Below, piece after piece: positions 46,787 through 56,132 of a stretch of 64,000 nt of DNA. Each line of letters opens with the position of its first letter. Within the stretch, counting starts at the first letter, position 1. This DNA comes from a virus (taxonomy: Duplodnaviria > Caudoviricetes): IMG/VR virus record IMGVR_UViG_3300017766_004544, positions 1 through 64,000 of that record; one strand, written 5' to 3'. A program made the translations under genes and the position numbers. The notes under the pieces are model-generated. The model saw only the letters and a list, made by a program, of their open reading frames with translations, was not told where the DNA came from and made no database searches.

Positions 46787-47195
46787 GGCGCATGACGGCA
46801 AGCTCGAAGCGGTCTCGGACATCGTCCAGGCCGAGGGCTTCTATGACGACCGGCGGATTCGCGTCCACAGCCCTGATCTGTACCGCGTCTACGACCTGCT
46901 CTTCTTCCGGGATGAACGCCGCCTGACGCCTGAGATTCTCCAGATCGCTGGCATGCAGGGTCTGGCTGCTCTGTGGTGCGATACCGGCACGGCCTCGCGC
47001 CGCAAGGTCGTTCTGCGGTCCTGGGCCAGCCTCGAGGAAACGCAGTATCTACGTGACTGGGTTGTGGGCTTGGGCTATCTGCCGTCGCTTGTGCAAAAGG
47101 GGCGCCTCGAGTTTCAGGGCATCTACGCCGATGACCTCATTCACGATCTCAGGCAGCTCATCCCCCGCTGCAAGCTGCCAACTCTGAGGCGTTAG
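46635..47195 (+). CDS. Free-standing LAGLIDADG_2-like protein B, degenerate
   Basis: ALSYCLGRGTL (D replaced by R) and LAALWCDTG; ATG 46635. Confidence 0.7.
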   Translation: MSASFVALALSYCLGRGTLGLKGAKKRPWLEIKRRETDLTYLNHQLRMLHKAHDGKLEAVSDIVQAEGFYDDRRIRVHSPDLYRVYDLLFFRDERRLTPEILQIAGMQGLAALWCDTGTASRRKVVLRSWASLEETQYLRDWVVGLGYLPSLVQKGRLEFQGIYADDLIHDLRQLIPRCKLPTLRR

Positions 47196-47202
47196 CTTGG
47201 CT

Positions 47203-47220
47203 TTGCTATTTCGATAGCAA
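47203..47220 (+). other. UUCG-capped hairpin
   Basis: TTGCTAT-TTCG-ATAGCAA just after the LAGLIDADG pair. Confidence 0.5.
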
Positions 47221-47411
47221 CCCCGAAGAAGAACGGCGTCAGGGGTATCTTCTCCAGGAGCTCGGATTTTTGCCGTTTCCCTGAGCTGGTGAGTGATCCG
47301 CCGTGCGTCTGATCAGCGTGCGGCGGCGCCTGGCACTTGCATTCCCAATAACTGCCAGATATTCGCTATTCGCGTATTGAGTAGCATTGCAGCATCTCTG
47401 GTGGGCATTAT

Positions 47412-47576
47412 ATGGCTCAGCAAGGAGTCCCCGACGATCAGCAAACCGGTTGCGACCTACCCGGCGCAGGAGCTGAGCAGGCCGCCGATCCACTCGATTC
47501 CGGCATGCGGCGCAAGTTCCTGAACTTCTGCCAAGAGAATCCCTGGGCCGACGAGTGCCGCATCTATGAACTCTGA
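47412..47576 (+). CDS. CP12-like microprotein (C-terminal motif only), 54 aa
   Basis: C-terminus FLNFCQENPWADECRIYEL matches CP12 C-x-x-NP-x-x-x-EC-R-I-Y; TGATG overlap; not in ORF track. Confidence 0.7.
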   Translation: MAQQGVPDDQQTGCDLPGAGAEQAADPLDSGMRRKFLNFCQENPWADECRIYEL

Positions 47577-48376
47577 TGGCACTAACCCAGACCCGAGCTT
47601 ACGAAGACATCCGCACCAGCTACGGCGGCAGTGATACAACACTGCCCTCTTTCTTGAGGCCGTACTACGTCCAATACAACTCCATCAGCAAGTCGCGCGA
47701 CCTCGGCCAGACGGACATCCTGGTTGCGGACCTCGCTGGCGAAATTGGATCAGAAGCCGGGAGCAACACTCTGTTCTTCAAGGTGTCCCTGCCGCGACGC
47801 GTCGAGCTCAGTGTCCGCAAGCGCGCCAGCGGCGCCAGCACCGACCGGTTCCTCAGTGTTGGCATTCTCGATGGCGAGCGCAAGCCAATTCAGTTGGACG
47901 CCAGCGGCTACGCAACCGAGTGCGACGTCTACGGTACAGAAGCGTACGAGAACCTACTGGGCGTACCAGCGGGGACTTATTACATCACAGTTGCCAGCAG
48001 TCAGTGGCAGCGCATTCCTTTTGCGATCACGGTCTCCGTCGGGCGGTACGCACTCTTAAGTGGTGCCGCCCAGGGAGCCTTTGTCCCCGGCGGTCGTATT
48101 CCACTGGTCAAGGTCATCGCAACCGCCCAGGGCAGTGCTCCACTGGAGGGGACCCTTCTGCGGCCCAGCGTGATCAAGATGCCGCAAGGCCCTGCAGGGG
48201 GTACCGCAACGCCAACCCTGACTCTTTCGATTATGCGCGGGGTTGCCACCGGCAGCATGGTGCCTACAGGCCGTCTGATGATGAACTGGAAGCTCAGCGG
48301 AGTTGCCAGCGGGGGCGATCAATCTCAAGGAACACTCAGCAGCGAAGCGCCGTATGGCGGCGGCTACGGTTACTAA
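47576..48376 (+). CDS. Putative structural protein (PPC-like beta domain)
   Basis: FFKVSL..AGTYYITVAS; G/A/T-rich C-terminus. Confidence 0.65.
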   Translation: MALTQTRAYEDIRTSYGGSDTTLPSFLRPYYVQYNSISKSRDLGQTDILVADLAGEIGSEAGSNTLFFKVSLPRRVELSVRKRASGASTDRFLSVGILDGERKPIQLDASGYATECDVYGTEAYENLLGVPAGTYYITVASSQWQRIPFAITVSVGRYALLSGAAQGAFVPGGRIPLVKVIATAQGSAPLEGTLLRPSVIKMPQGPAGGTATPTLTLSIMRGVATGSMVPTGRLMMNWKLSGVASGGDQSQGTLSSEAPYGGGYGY

Positions 48377-48436
48377 TAGGGCGCCACTCGCTCTTCCTAG
48401 AATCATTCCATTGCCCGCGAGTGGTCCAACGAGGAC

Positions 48437-48853
48437 ATGGCGTTTTCCCAGTATCTGGCCGATAAAATCCTGGTTTGGGTGAAAGGCACGACATTCCCCA
48501 CGGCACTGTCGACTGTCTTTGTCAGCCTCCATTCCGGCGATCCTGGTACCGCTGGGACTAGCAACAACGTCCAGTCCACGATTACTGGTAGCGCCAACCG
48601 CACCAGTGTGACGACCTCTACCTTCAGCACTGTCGGCTCCGCCCCGGGTGGCGGATTCCAGATCACGAACAATAATTCAGTTCAGATCACCACCAACGCG
48701 GCCGGTGGCGCCACGGTGACTTACTTCGGCGTGTGGGATGCCGTCACTGGCGGCAACTTCCTGGCTTCCGGTCAGCTCACCACTTCCGTCGACGTGGTCG
48801 CCGGTGACACCGTCCAATTCAACGCCGGCGCACTTGCGATCCGTCTGGTCTGA
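48437..48853 (+). CDS. Phage tail-associated beta protein
   Basis: FVSLHSGDPG..VTYFGVWDA.TGGNFL..GDTVQF. Confidence 0.8.
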   Translation: MAFSQYLADKILVWVKGTTFPTALSTVFVSLHSGDPGTAGTSNNVQSTITGSANRTSVTTSTFSTVGSAPGGGFQITNNNSVQITTNAAGGATVTYFGVWDAVTGGNFLASGQLTTSVDVVAGDTVQFNAGALAIRLV

Positions 48854-48984
48854 TGGTCAAACCCAAGAAGTCACCGACCTGCGCCATCCACAAGGAGCCG
48901 GTCGAAAAGACGACCCGTCAAGGCAACGGTCGCCGCAGTAAAGCCAGCCATGGCCGCAAGCTCAAGCGCGGCCAAGGCAAGTAA
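48853..48984 (+). CDS. 43-aa basic microprotein
   Basis: MVKPKK...KTTRQGNGRRSKASHGRKLKRGQGK; not in ORF track. Confidence 0.7.
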   Translation: MVKPKKSPTCAIHKEPVEKTTRQGNGRRSKASHGRKLKRGQGK

Positions 48985-48993
48985 AAGCAGGTA

Positions 48994-49443
48994 TCAGACG
49001 AAATCGATTTCGAGCTGATACTTCAGGGTCGACTGGTCCTTTCGCTCGACCACAACCCAGAGGCGATCGCCCGCCAGCACGGTGAACGGCCCTAGAGCCA
49101 CCGTTACTGTTCCGCGGGCAGGCTGCTTGCGGCTCAGGCAGGTGATCGCGGCAGTGGGCGTGGCGACGCCGCCAACCTGGCGTAGTACAGCGATATCTCC
49201 CACCGCACGATGTGAGGCTGTGAAGCCATTCTCGCTATAAGGGCGCAGCGTGACGGTGTAGGCGCCTGCGCTGGTGCCAGCTCCGGTCGTGATCTCGTAT
49301 TGATCGACCGAGCCCTGGATGCCGCCAATTCGGGAGAAGTCGCTCTTCGTGTCTCCAGCCTTGGGTCCAACCAGCTGGCCGGGGCCCGTGATCGCCCGTT
49401 TTCCGTTGATACCCTTGCGGATGATCTTGTCGATGACGGCCAT
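48994..49443 (-). CDS. Putative structural protein
   Basis: 149-aa ORF; TAGACT box upstream. Confidence 0.65.
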   Translation of the reverse strand: MAVIDKIIRKGINGKRAITGPGQLVGPKAGDTKSDFSRIGGIQGSVDQYEITTGAGTSAGAYTVTLRPYSENGFTASHRAVGDIAVLRQVGGVATPTAAITCLSRKQPARGTVTVALGPFTVLAGDRLWVVVERKDQSTLKYQLEIDFV

Positions 49444-49487
49444 TTGTGCTCGCCAGGTGTCTATGCGTTAGATCAAGTCTAACGAGC

Positions 49488-50654
49488 TCAGTAATCCCAG
49501 ATTGCAGAAGGCTTGACTCCGGCCCGTGCAAAGAACTTGCCATTATTGCGAGTATCGATGTGGATAAATCCACGCGGGCGACCATCGCCGTAACCACCGC
49601 TCCATCGCTGTACAAGCCATTCGTGGAACTTCTGCAGTGATTCGCCAATGGGATAGATGTCTAAGGCCATCCCTTTGACGTGATAGCTGCCCGGCACTCC
49701 ACCCACCTGACTATTGATTGGTTCAGGGCGGTACCCGCTGGTGATGCCCAGTGGGCCGGCCCACGCCGTGCGGATCGCATCGAACTGCTTGCAGACCTCG
49801 ATGATCGCTTTCTCCTCCGCACTGCCGGCCTTCGGGGCCCGGCGAGCGTCGTACTGCAGAATCTCACCGACCGTGACGTACTTGCCAACCGGGCAGGCGA
49901 AATCACTCCAGTTGATCGCCCCCGAAGCCGCAGGGGCGGGCTTGGCCTGCTCCTCGAGCCAGTGCGGCGTGAACAGCACCCAGCGTTCGCCGGATCCATG
50001 CAGCGTCACCCATGCATGGCTGTCGCTTGGAATCTCATCCAGCTTGCTGACTGCCAGCAGTTCGCCTTTGGCGACAGTCTTCTTGCCAGCTTCTGACAAG
50101 TAGTGGCTGTCGATCGGGGCCTTCTTGAGCAGGGTGTCCTGCTGGGCGATGAACTTCATGGTGCCGTCATCCTCTCGTTGCCAGATCTCACCTTCGCGGT
50201 GGCGGCGATTAACCAGTCCAGGCAGTGTTCTACCCCCTGCCTTGACATAAAGGCTAAGAGCCTGAGGCATCTGCTGGTAACGCTCGGCCTTTGTCGCGCC
50301 TTCCTTCAGTACCCGCGTGATGGATTCAAATCCTGCACTTCCGTAGAACTTGGCGCCCAGGTTCCAGGCAAAGCTCAGCAAGACAGACTGCCGCTGCGGG
50401 CCCAGTCGATCCCAGCCAGGGATGCACTCCATCGCTGGCACGAACTGTGTCTTCAGCAGTTCCTGAAGATGTGCCTTGCAGATTCGGTAGTCGCACTGGT
50501 CACCCATGCGCACGGGTTCCCCGTTCGGATAACGGGTGAGTCCGGCGCAGATCGTTGGAATGCCGACGGGATCGAGATAGGCCTCGAGTTCGATCCCCTC
50601 AAATTCCTCGATCAGGCGAGTCGCTAAGCCCAGTGTCTGCGGGTGAATCGCCAT
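49488..50654 (-). CDS. Endolysin: GH24 lysozyme plus M15 peptidase
   Basis: EFEG..AYLDPVGIPTI..GLVNRR..E; ITSGYRP..SYHVKGMALD..FIHID. Confidence 0.92.
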   Translation of the reverse strand: MAIHPQTLGLATRLIEEFEGIELEAYLDPVGIPTICAGLTRYPNGEPVRMGDQCDYRICKAHLQELLKTQFVPAMECIPGWDRLGPQRQSVLLSFAWNLGAKFYGSAGFESITRVLKEGATKAERYQQMPQALSLYVKAGGRTLPGLVNRRHREGEIWQREDDGTMKFIAQQDTLLKKAPIDSHYLSEAGKKTVAKGELLAVSKLDEIPSDSHAWVTLHGSGERWVLFTPHWLEEQAKPAPAASGAINWSDFACPVGKYVTVGEILQYDARRAPKAGSAEEKAIIEVCKQFDAIRTAWAGPLGITSGYRPEPINSQVGGVPGSYHVKGMALDIYPIGESLQKFHEWLVQRWSGGYGDGRPRGFIHIDTRNNGKFFARAGVKPSAIWDY

Positions 50655-50922
50655 AAATTCCTGCGTAGCGACGCGTGGACTGCGCCATGGGCTCGCGCCC
50701 TTCCATCATTTCGACGGCCAGATGCTGTGCCGCCGATTCGCTGTAGCCCTTCGACTGCAGCAACTCATACAAACCGAAGAATGCATCCAGCCGGCTCTCG
50801 ACTGATTCGCCGCCTGTCACTGTTTCGGCTGCCAGATGCTGCGAGGCTCCACGAGGAATGCCCCGGCCGGCGTATTGCCGAACCAGGGCATCAAACAGCT
50901 CGGGGCTACCGGCTAAACGCAT
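50599..50922 (-). CDS. Hypothetical protein with duplicated helix
   Basis: GASQHLAAE and SAAQHLAVE repeat. Confidence 0.65.
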   Translation of the reverse strand: MRLAGSPELFDALVRQYAGRGIPRGASQHLAAETVTGGESVESRLDAFFGLYELLQSKGYSESAAQHLAVEMMEGREPMAQSTRRYAGIYGDSPADTGLSDSPDRGI

Positions 50923-50961
50923 TCACGTCTGACGCAGTAGACCTAATCTAGCCGGGGCTGA

Positions 50962-51252
50962 TCAGAGGCCGATATTATTCAGCAACTCAGGGCGATCAGC
51001 AATCGTTGTCAGACCGGGAAGGATGTCACGAGGATCACCACTGCCCTGCTGGACGACGGCCAGTTGCACTGCCTTCTTGGCTCGCTGAACGAGCGCATTG
51101 GCGGCAGCCTCACGGGCCTCTTCTCGCACCCCTTGGCGCGTTGCTTCCTGCTGCAGCGACTGCTGAACTTGAGCAGGGCCAGGGCCCGCTTTCAATTCCG
51201 CAGCCACCGGGTTGAAGTGAGCAGGCAGGTTGGGCGGCAGATTTGCCATCAC
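50962..51252 (-). CDS. Hypothetical protein
   Basis: 96-aa ORF. Confidence 0.6.
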   Translation of the reverse strand: MMANLPPNLPAHFNPVAAELKAGPGPAQVQQSLQQEATRQGVREEAREAAANALVQRAKKAVQLAVVQQGSGDPRDILPGLTTIADRPELLNNIGL

Positions 51253-51263
51253 GTTCTCCTGGC

Positions 51264-52262
51264 TCAGCCTTCAGATACCAGCACCTTGCTGCGCAGAGCC
51301 TCGGGAGTGGCTTGGCTCAGCATCTGCCAGGCGGCCGCAGGGTTGCGCTCGCTCAGGGCAGAGAAGGTGGCCCAGAAGTCATCGCCACCGCCATTGCTGG
51401 CCTGCACGTCAGGAGCGGGCATCTCCATCTGAGGGCGCTGATAGGTCGCAGGGGCGGGAGCGAAGCGGCGCTCATTGGCGGCGACTTCGGCGGCCAGGCG
51501 ATCCTGGGGCAGCTCGGTGGGGTAGGGGCCCTGAGGACCGAAGAACTCGTTGACGTACTCAGCGAGGATCTCGGGGTTGGTCAGCAGCGTGTGATACGCC
51601 GCATTGTCCTCAGCCGCAGCCTCGATCACGGTGTGCGAGTTCTGCAGTTGACCGTGGATGGTCTGCAGTTGGCTCAGCGCCTGGGCAGTCTGCTGGGCCT
51701 GGGCGAGCAGGGCATCCTCGACCACGCAGGCGTAGCGATTCAGCAGGGCAGGGGCTTCAGCACCGAAGTGCTGCAGAACCTCAAGACTTTCGCTGCTGAC
51801 GCTTTGCAGATACTCGTCGCTCGCGGCTGCGCTCGGCGCGCTGCTGTAGCTCGGAGCCTGTGCCGGAATCGCCTGGGAATAGGCCGCTGTTTGTGGGTAC
51901 GCTGAGGTCAGCGGCGCCGTAACGGAGGGAGCCGCCTGGTAGCTCACCGGTGCCTGCAGGTAAGCCGCCTGGGAAGGGGCTGCCTGTTGGGTCGGAGCCG
52001 AGGAGTACCCCTGGGACTGGGATTGAGGCGTCGCGCTCAAGCTGGCGAGCAGCCCCTGGTACGCCGCCTGCCAGGGATTCGCCTGGGGCACCGAAACCGG
52101 AGCTTCCGGGGAGTAAGCCGGAGCTTGCGGTTGCGCCGTCGGGTACGAAGCTGGGGCCGCCTGCTGGATCGATGGGGAGGCCACGGTCGGCGCGGCCACG
52201 CTGGATGGGATCGAGGGCTGCGGGGTCGCTACTGCCGTCGCCATCGCTGTACTGTCCTGCAT
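51264..52262 (-). CDS. Putative capsid scaffolding protein
   Basis: A/P/Q/S-rich N-terminus, coiled-coil core; downstream of portal. Confidence 0.65.
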   Translation of the reverse strand: MQDSTAMATAVATPQPSIPSSVAAPTVASPSIQQAAPASYPTAQPQAPAYSPEAPVSVPQANPWQAAYQGLLASLSATPQSQSQGYSSAPTQQAAPSQAAYLQAPVSYQAAPSVTAPLTSAYPQTAAYSQAIPAQAPSYSSAPSAAASDEYLQSVSSESLEVLQHFGAEAPALLNRYACVVEDALLAQAQQTAQALSQLQTIHGQLQNSHTVIEAAAEDNAAYHTLLTNPEILAEYVNEFFGPQGPYPTELPQDRLAAEVAANERRFAPAPATYQRPQMEMPAPDVQASNGGGDDFWATFSALSERNPAAAWQMLSQATPEALRSKVLVSEG

Positions 52263-54000
52263 AGGTCAGTTCTCTCTTAAGGAATTCGAGAGCTCGATAG
52301 ACATAGGGCGTCAGATCGAGCTTGGGGTCCGCCAGCAGGGGGAGATCCGGAGCCTGCGGATGCGGGGTCTGTCGCATGTTTTGAATCAGCGACAGGAAGG
52401 TTCCAATGCTTTGCTGCGTGGCTTGAGCCATTCGGAATGGATAGCCACTGAGCATTGCACTGCGTTCTTCGTCGGTTTTATCCGGGAAGAGGTACCTGAG
52501 GGCCTCGATGCTGTTGACACCGAGCTCCTGCAGGTTTCGCACAACAATGCTTGAGTTCAGTATATCTTCTGTGGAGTCCTCGAAGACGGGGCCGAGCCAG
52601 CGCCAATCAATCTTGCGATCGCCATCGGGGATCAAGCCAACAACACCCGGCGGTAGTTGACGAGCTTGAACTGCTTCCCCGATCTGCGCCTCCAAGGCTT
52701 CCTCGAACTGCCGGTAAGCATCGCGGAATGCGGCAACGGCTTCCTGGTATTGCTGCGCGTCCGGGAACTCTTCCCGCATGGGAACTGGTGGGCGCTCTAG
52801 GCCGATTGCCGCGGCAAAGGATTCCCGGAAGATCTTCTCCTCGTTAAAGAGCACGAGTGAGAGCAGTTTGCACAGCCCGTAGGTGAGCAGACCCCGGCAC
52901 TTCCTCGATGCCGTTGTCGCAGCTCGGCCGTAGAGGGACTTGACTTCGTATGCCGTGGCGCCAGAGCTGATGCCGAGCTCATCGACGCCGCCCATGGCAT
53001 TGCGCAGTTCCTCGCGGTACTGACGGGCGTAGAGGTTCTGGTCGCCGGAGACCGCATCGGGCGTGATGTAGGCCACGCGGTCCGTGGCTTCGATATTGGC
53101 GATGATCCGCGGGACCTTGACGCCACCGCCACCGCCGGCTCCCATCGGGGAACTCAGGCGTGTCGAGGGGCGATTCGCCGCATAGAAGCCAGCCTGTGAG
53201 CTGATGGTCGGGCGGAACTCCTCTCCATCACCAGACTCGATCAGATCCTGCTTGGGACGGCTCGAGACCAGCGTGGGGTTGCCGTAGAAGGTGATATTGG
53301 CGCGGATGTTCTTGATCAGATCGTCGTGCGTGACGATGTGGTCGCTCAGCCAATCAAACTCGCCGCTGGCATCCATGCCAGTGGAGCGCATGTTGTTGAA
53401 CGACTCAACGGCCGGGATGAAGCCCAGGCTGTTGCTCAGTGTGCGCGTTGAGTTGGGCGCGTAGTTCAGCGTCGTGATGCCCGCATCAAAGCTGGGCTTC
53501 TCGTTCGTGATCGACTCCTTGATGGTGTCGCGTCGAACCTGGAGCTTGACGTAACGGAGGGATCCGCCATCACCACCCGCGATAGCCGCCATGGACCCCA
53601 GGCCGTCGCGCACCGTGAAGCTGTAGATCAGCTCTACCTCCTCGAGCTGGCCAGCCGCGTCGTAGTAGGCGCGGTAGTTCTCCTTGCTGAACCACATCAG
53701 CCGGTAGGTGTCGCCGACCGGACGGAAGTACCACAGACCCTTCCCGTCCAGCAGGAAGTCATCGATGATGCCCTCAAGCCGGGCGTCGATCTCGTTCTCT
53801 TCGATCAGCGCTGCCAGGAAGCTCTTACGAAAACCGAAGGTGTCCTGCGCTGGGTAGAACTCCAGTCCCTGGCGCAGCATGAACAACCGCATCTGCGAGA
53901 GATGCGAGTTGACCACCATCGTGTCGACGCCAGCCGTGCCATCACGCTTGCGCGCGGCCTCCAGAATGCGGCGAAAACGCTCGGTTTTGGGTTGGCTCAT
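51781..54000 (-). CDS. Portal protein
   Basis: 739 aa directly after TerL; helical; low-complexity tail overlapping scaffold. Confidence 0.75.
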   Translation of the reverse strand: MSQPKTERFRRILEAARKRDGTAGVDTMVVNSHLSQMRLFMLRQGLEFYPAQDTFGFRKSFLAALIEENEIDARLEGIIDDFLLDGKGLWYFRPVGDTYRLMWFSKENYRAYYDAAGQLEEVELIYSFTVRDGLGSMAAIAGGDGGSLRYVKLQVRRDTIKESITNEKPSFDAGITTLNYAPNSTRTLSNSLGFIPAVESFNNMRSTGMDASGEFDWLSDHIVTHDDLIKNIRANITFYGNPTLVSSRPKQDLIESGDGEEFRPTISSQAGFYAANRPSTRLSSPMGAGGGGGVKVPRIIANIEATDRVAYITPDAVSGDQNLYARQYREELRNAMGGVDELGISSGATAYEVKSLYGRAATTASRKCRGLLTYGLCKLLSLVLFNEEKIFRESFAAAIGLERPPVPMREEFPDAQQYQEAVAAFRDAYRQFEEALEAQIGEAVQARQLPPGVVGLIPDGDRKIDWRWLGPVFEDSTEDILNSSIVVRNLQELGVNSIEALRYLFPDKTDEERSAMLSGYPFRMAQATQQSIGTFLSLIQNMRQTPHPQAPDLPLLADPKLDLTPYVYRALEFLKRELTYAGQYSDGDGSSDPAALDPIQRGRADRGLPIDPAGGPSFVPDGATASSGLLPGSSGFGAPGESLAGGVPGAARQLERDASIPVPGVLLGSDPTGSPFPGGLPAGTGELPGGSLRYGAADLSVPTNSGLFPGDSGTGSELQQRAERSRERRVSAKRQQRKS

Positions 54001-54009
54001 GGGTCTAGT

Positions 54010-55554
54010 TTAGGTCCATTCGATTTGCGCAGCTCCGCGCTTCATCAGCCCCTGCACCACGATATTGAGGCTGTCGGCGCAGTCGTCATGGGGGCTATGG
54101 CCGAAGTTCGTGATCTCATCGATCATGTAGCTGAAATCGCGGTACTTGTTGAAGATGATCTTCTTCGCCTGGAACAGGCCGAGGATGCCGCGTAGTCGTG
54201 CGAGCTTGTCGCCGCGGAAGCCCTTCACAGGCGAGATGTGCAGGTTGTACAGCTGCCATTCGTTGAACAGCACGCGCTTGAGGTCCCCCTCGAAACTCTT
54301 CTGATAGGCCACGACCTCAGGCCAGATCGTCACCGCTGAGGCTGTCGGGAAGTACTGGCCGTCATCGTTGACCGCCAGCAGGTTCCACTCCATCAACAGC
54401 TCGCACAGCGCCTCGACCTTTTCGATGTTGCCCATCGAGCGCATGCGCCTGTAATCGATGATGTAGCACTTGTCGTCGACCCGCCCGGCCAGCGTGAACA
54501 CGGTCCAGTCGTTCCGCTCGCTCATGCCCGCGGAGAGGTCGATCCCGACACCGACCATGTCATAGGTATCCGGCACCTCGCCCCGTACAAACAGCTCCGG
54601 ACTGACGCCCAACTCCGTCGAGCGCACCGGCTGGTTCAGGTACTGGTACGAGAACGAGATCCGGTCGTCATTCTGCAGCTTGAGCAGGTACTTGGTGGAC
54701 CACATCTCAGGCCAGTAGGACTTGGGGCGGCCGTCCTCGTCGTAGCGCAGTGCCGACTGGACAACCGTCTTCCAGCCCTTCTTCTCGGTGTAGATGGTCG
54801 AGAACAGGTCGTCAAAGTGGAAACGCGTGCCCAAGGCGATGGCCCGGGCACCCTGGAACATGGTCGGCACAATCACCGCATTCCAGTTGTTCTCCATCTC
54901 CCGGCGGATGTCCGGGTTGGCGATGGATGCTGCACTCTTGATCGCGTCATCCACCACGATCAGCGAGCTCCGCTTGGAGGTGATCGTTCCCTTCAGGCCA
55001 GCGCAGGCGACCGTGAAGGCGTCCTCCCCTCGGACGTCGATGTCAGCAAAGTCCCAGTCGATCCCCCACAGTTCGTCCGAGGTCCTGGTCTTGGACAGCC
55101 GCACGCACGGAAAGATCTCCTGGTAGGTCTTGGAGAGGATCAGGTTCTTGATGGCCGCACTCTTGTTGCGCGCGACGTCCACGTTGTACGACACGTACAG
55201 GATGCGCAGCAGCTTCTTGGCCAAGGCGTGCCTGCCGATCAGCCAGCCCAGCAGCAGACCCAGCACCGTGCTTTTGGCGCTGCCTCTGGGGCTGAGTAGG
55301 CAGGTATTGGGGCCCGCGATGTCGAGCAGATGCTCATTGCTGTGCCCGGTCAGGAAGGCCCTATGCCATTCCTTCATGTGCCGGGCGGGGGGCTTGCCCA
55401 TCAGCTCACAGAAGTAGCCGAAGTTCTCCCGCGCCTTAAGGACGTGCGGCGGGAGGACGGGCTCCTCGACGACCACCTCTGGCTGCTTCCTGATGCTTTG
55501 AGCCGCCTTGAGCGCACTGCGTTTGCGCGCCAGGGCAATCGATACGCCTGCCAT
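54010..55554 (-). CDS. terL: Terminase large subunit
   Basis: PRGSAKST, LIVVDD, GTRFH.DD, GIDLS, HDDCADS. Confidence 0.93.
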   Translation of the reverse strand: MAGVSIALARKRSALKAAQSIRKQPEVVVEEPVLPPHVLKARENFGYFCELMGKPPARHMKEWHRAFLTGHSNEHLLDIAGPNTCLLSPRGSAKSTVLGLLLGWLIGRHALAKKLLRILYVSYNVDVARNKSAAIKNLILSKTYQEIFPCVRLSKTRTSDELWGIDWDFADIDVRGEDAFTVACAGLKGTITSKRSSLIVVDDAIKSAASIANPDIRREMENNWNAVIVPTMFQGARAIALGTRFHFDDLFSTIYTEKKGWKTVVQSALRYDEDGRPKSYWPEMWSTKYLLKLQNDDRISFSYQYLNQPVRSTELGVSPELFVRGEVPDTYDMVGVGIDLSAGMSERNDWTVFTLAGRVDDKCYIIDYRRMRSMGNIEKVEALCELLMEWNLLAVNDDGQYFPTASAVTIWPEVVAYQKSFEGDLKRVLFNEWQLYNLHISPVKGFRGDKLARLRGILGLFQAKKIIFNKYRDFSYMIDEITNFGHSPHDDCADSLNIVVQGLMKRGAAQIEWT

Positions 55555-55622
55555 GCGCTTAATCTACTTGTTTTTCACTATTCCCAGGGAGGTTGGCTGG
55601 ATCCAGCAGCGGAATTCCCTGC

Positions 55623-56132
55623 CTACTTCTCGCTCTCCAGTTGCGCCCACACAGACTCGAACGCTGAATCCAGCGCCGTCGTGACGTCTTCGTTGTCCTT
55701 GAAGATCGTTCGCAGTTGGCGCATCACCGAATCAGCCCCGGCCAGGATCAAGCCCTTGCGATCGGTGGCACGCGTCATCTTGTCAATCTCGGATAGGTGC
55801 CCCCGCAGTTCCTTCGACAAGTGGGCGATGCGGCTGGCGGCGGCATCCGGTTTGACCAGGTCCGCCTGGACCTGTTGCCGCAAGAAGTCCACGTCGGCCT
55901 CCAGCTTGCAGGCCTCGGCTAGCAGGAGCTCGCGCTTGTTCAGCTTGCGGTAGTGCTTGTTGACCCATCGCTCCAGGGCCGTGAAGCTGTCGCTGTAGCC
56001 AAGCACGCTGGCGTACACCCAGATCTCGTAAATCGAGTAGGTGTTCTCCGCATAGTTCAGAAAGCCTTCACGGCGATCGTCGTCTAGCGCTGCCAGGAAA
56101 AACGCTACCGGCCCCTCGCCCAGTGCTGCCAT
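55623..56132 (-). CDS. Putative terminase small subunit
   Basis: Helical 169-aa ORF upstream of TerL (position only). Confidence 0.45.
   Translation of the reverse strand: MAALGEGPVAFFLAALDDDRREGFLNYAENTYSIYEIWVYASVLGYSDSFTALERWVNKHYRKLNKRELLLAEACKLEADVDFLRQQVQADLVKPDAAASRIAHLSKELRGHLSEIDKMTRATDRKGLILAGADSVMRQLRTIFKDNEDVTTALDSAFESVWAQLESEK

Noticed and set aside
54002-54007. TAGACC promoter box for portal
   Set aside because: Only 1 nt from the ATG; spacing incompatible with a promoter
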